Positions 61,264 through 64,000 of a stretch of DNA of 64,000 nt are shown here, piece after piece. Source of the DNA: Hydractinia symbiolongicarpus (Eukaryota). The DNA is taken from contig NC_079887.1 of the NCBI RefSeq assembly GCF_029227915.1, forward strand, positions 16,224,214 through 16,288,213. The letters run 5' to 3'. Position 1 is the stretch's first letter. Each line of letters begins with the position of its first letter. The notes beneath the pieces are model-generated. The model saw only the letters and a program-made list of their open reading frames with translations, was not told the DNA's origin and did no database searches. The position numbers were made by a program, and so were the translations under genes.

Positions 61264-63439
61264 TTTTTTACTTCTGCTCGAATATATTTTGCATTTCCTC
61301 GTGTGTACGAAGCATTTGGCTGGTGAAAAGTGCAATTATTTGTACGTGTTTACGCAAAAAATCTTTTTTCAAATGAATGAGCTCTTTGAGATAAACCTCG
61401 AAGAGCTCTGGGGACGAGAATGATGCGTTCACCTGAAGGAAAGTTGTTTAAATTGTTTCTTTCATTCAGTTGTGTAAAAAATCTTAGCGCATTATATTCA
61501 TTCTAAAAACAACAAAATCCCGAACCCTTACCCTCTTACCCTCTTAATTTTCTTTTCTACTTTTGATTGGCGAAAAAAAACGCCGATAATCCGGCGGGGC
61601 CCAAACTGATGGAAAATAACCTTTTGGGTGCTTTTTAATTGTGGAGAGGCAAGCGAAGAATGAAATGGATATTGTCGAGGTAGTTGCAGAACCGAGATGA
61701 AGGGTTTTTGGAGGAGTTTTTTATTTCATCTATTCTTCAGCATTTTTACCCTCGCTGTCTTAAATCGTTCCCGTCAGAATATCATTGACTTGAGGATAGG
61801 TGAGAAAGTGACATCTGCCTTTGTGCATATGGCTTTGAACTTCGTGACTTATTCGCTAGGGAATTTCATCCAGTTGAGCGCTTAATCAATGTTTTACGGT
61901 ATCCGTTTAGCTAATAGAAAACATGTTATAGCCGCACTCTCTTTCTAGATAATAACGAAACACATTTATGAATGAATAAATGTTGGTATTTTCAGGAAAG
62001 GTTGGTAATTTCAACCTCGTTCCCAGCACAAAAGGGCTCATATTGGAAACGAACTTTTTAAAAAAAAAAAGTTAGTCAATCTATTGTTTCATCTAGGTCC
62101 GTAAAGTTAATTACTTTAATCCTCCAATCAACTAATAAATAGCCATTAACCAATTAATTATTAACCCCGTTAATGGATGACAGCTGTAGCCGTTGAAACG
62201 TAGCCTAAAATAAAATAAAATACCTTGTTCATGACATAATAATATTTATATTATCCAAATAGATTATGTACTGTTTTATTATGTTTTTCCTGGATGAACG
62301 AAATTGCTTGTATTGCTGTCTTCCAAGCCTAATAAACTCTGCTAAAAAATTATTATTATTGATTTCCATCGCCGTTGTGCGGGGCGGAATCTTTAAAATC
62401 GTCTGATGGGAGATAGATAGAGAGAGAGACAGCACAAAGTCCTTTTTTGCGAAAGCCAATGAACATGCTTTATTTTAATCTCTGTCAATTAAATGACCAA
62501 TCTGAACAGAGAGTGTACTCTTCGTGTGGCCAGAACATTCCGTGTGCGGTCATGACTAAAAGTGCTTACATTTTGTTGGTCGCCCCTTGCTGGTCTCTTT
62601 TTTTGGTCGTGGTAGCGTTATTGATGGGGAGCTAAGCACTATTTTTTAAACTCGTGTATTTTATCAGGTAAGAATTATTTTATATATAGCTAAGTGAGAA
62701 AGGTGTACTGGCTAGCTATCTCAATTTTTGGTACTGACTTGGATCTCCTTTTGATTGGTGCTGACATACCCCTTTTGATAGTCATGGAATTAATTACTTG
62801 CTAGCTAGCTATAGAGCTAGCTACACAAAATAGTGCTTTGATTAGAGTGCCTTTTTTTCTTAAACAGCAAGCAACAAAAAACCTTTATCCTGTCTTGCGT
62901 AGTTCTTCCATGACTGGACACTCAACTCCAGTTCTTATGGGAAAAAGGGGGGCTAAAAATAACTTCCAAATGACACTTTGTGGGACTACTTCTATCAGAT
63001 AAAAAGATATACATATTCGCACAGGATATTTTTTATATTTTTTGCAGAAAAGTTGTCGAAACGTGCCAAAAGTTATTGTTGCTTGCACTGAGCAGTCAGT
63101 GAACTGATAATTAACCTGTAGCTAACAATATATAGTTAGCCGATGCAGGATAATCAGATGCTACGCCTAGTATATTTAGTTGTTAAAAGCTTCTTTGTGT
63201 TCTTTACAGCCAACTGCGTCTTTTCCATGTTTTTTCTTGAAATCAGAATAGTTTTGCTGTTTAATAATATAGACGACATATATATGTACTGCTAGCTACA
63301 GTAAAATTATATCTCTTTTGCAAAATCGTTTCTTGTTCTTTTTCTTGGTTTTAATTGAAGCACAACTTTATGTTGATCTATATAAATATAGATGGCTATG
63401 GGGAGATCGATAACGAAGAAAAGTGAAAATTTAAGTAAA

Positions 63440-63686
63440 AAGATATATATCGTATAAGTAGCTGTATAAGCGGCTAATTATACTGTACGCACCGTATATA
63501 TAATTATTCTGCATAGATAAATAGAATGTCTGTATATTTTATATGGCTAGCCTCACAAATCCTATCCCTCGATAGGGAGTCCTAGTTCGGGGCTATGGTA
63601 GCATAATATTGAATTACCGCCAAGGGAAATCGAACCCCGTCCTCCCGCACAAAGTGCCAGAGTTATAACCACCAAGCTATGGCGCC
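63440..63686 (-). mobile_element. tRNA-derived SINE, copy 2, reverse orientation
   Basis: Reverse complement gives 'GGCGCCATAGCTTGGTGGTTATAACTC..GGGGTTCGATTTCCC..ACCATAGCCCCG..TGAGGCTAGCCATATAAAATAT'. Same family as 3826-4165. 3' boundary uncertain. Confidence 0.55.
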
Positions 63687-64000
63687 ATTGAAAACGTCTA
63701 ACTATTCTGTTACTGGCTAATTATCACTTCTCCTTGTGCCTAATTTGCTTGAAAATCTTTCTTGAGATCAACCCAAAGTATCACAAAATATTTTTCTAAG
63801 ATTTCTTAGAAATGACTTGATTTTTAAAAATCTCACGAAATATACCTGTGCATCACATCGCATGGATTTGTATCTTTGTATTAAATTCCCTTTTTAAATC
63901 AAAGACTGGTTTTAATGCAGTTTATGGTTAAATTGTATTCTTGTTTCTTATTTTTAAAACGTACTTTCTTTTTCAGATCAGCTGTTATCAAACCATGCAC

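Overview
AT-rich, repeat-dense eukaryotic (invertebrate-type, possibly cnidarian-like) genomic DNA. It contains three + strand host genes and no prokaryotic features; CRISPR does not apply. (1) 20543-44977: a 43-exon gene for a Domino / SRCAP-EP400-family SWR1-type chromatin-remodelling ATPase (HSA domain, split SNF2 ATPase, SANT-like domain, long poly-Q tail, about 2700 aa), with an apparent alternative short 3' end at 35463. (2) 46551-47123: a single-exon DUSP11/PIR1-like RNA phosphatase. (3) 48450-61263: an 8-exon PIGG (GPI7)-like GPI ethanolamine-phosphate transferase. Exon-intron models were built by hand from splice motifs, phase continuity and remembered ortholog sequences, so coordinates may be off by 1-2 nt. 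The rest is a transposable-element landscape: degenerate LINEs on both strands; tRNA-derived SINE copies; an approximately 3.7 kb hAT element with a decayed transposase; two families of approximately 1 kb Tc1/mariner-like MITEs with TA target-site duplications (TSDs); a Harbinger/PIF-like element with a TAA TSD nested inside one MITE copy; a tyrosine-recombinase-like fragment; a palindromic MITE carrying a CRE motif just upstream of the dom start codon; and several minisatellites and tandem duplications inside introns. I found no novel biological system. The most notable points are the dom-A/dom-B-like alternative 3' ends, a GC-AG intron, and a TE nest that carries its own empty-site reference copy in the same window.
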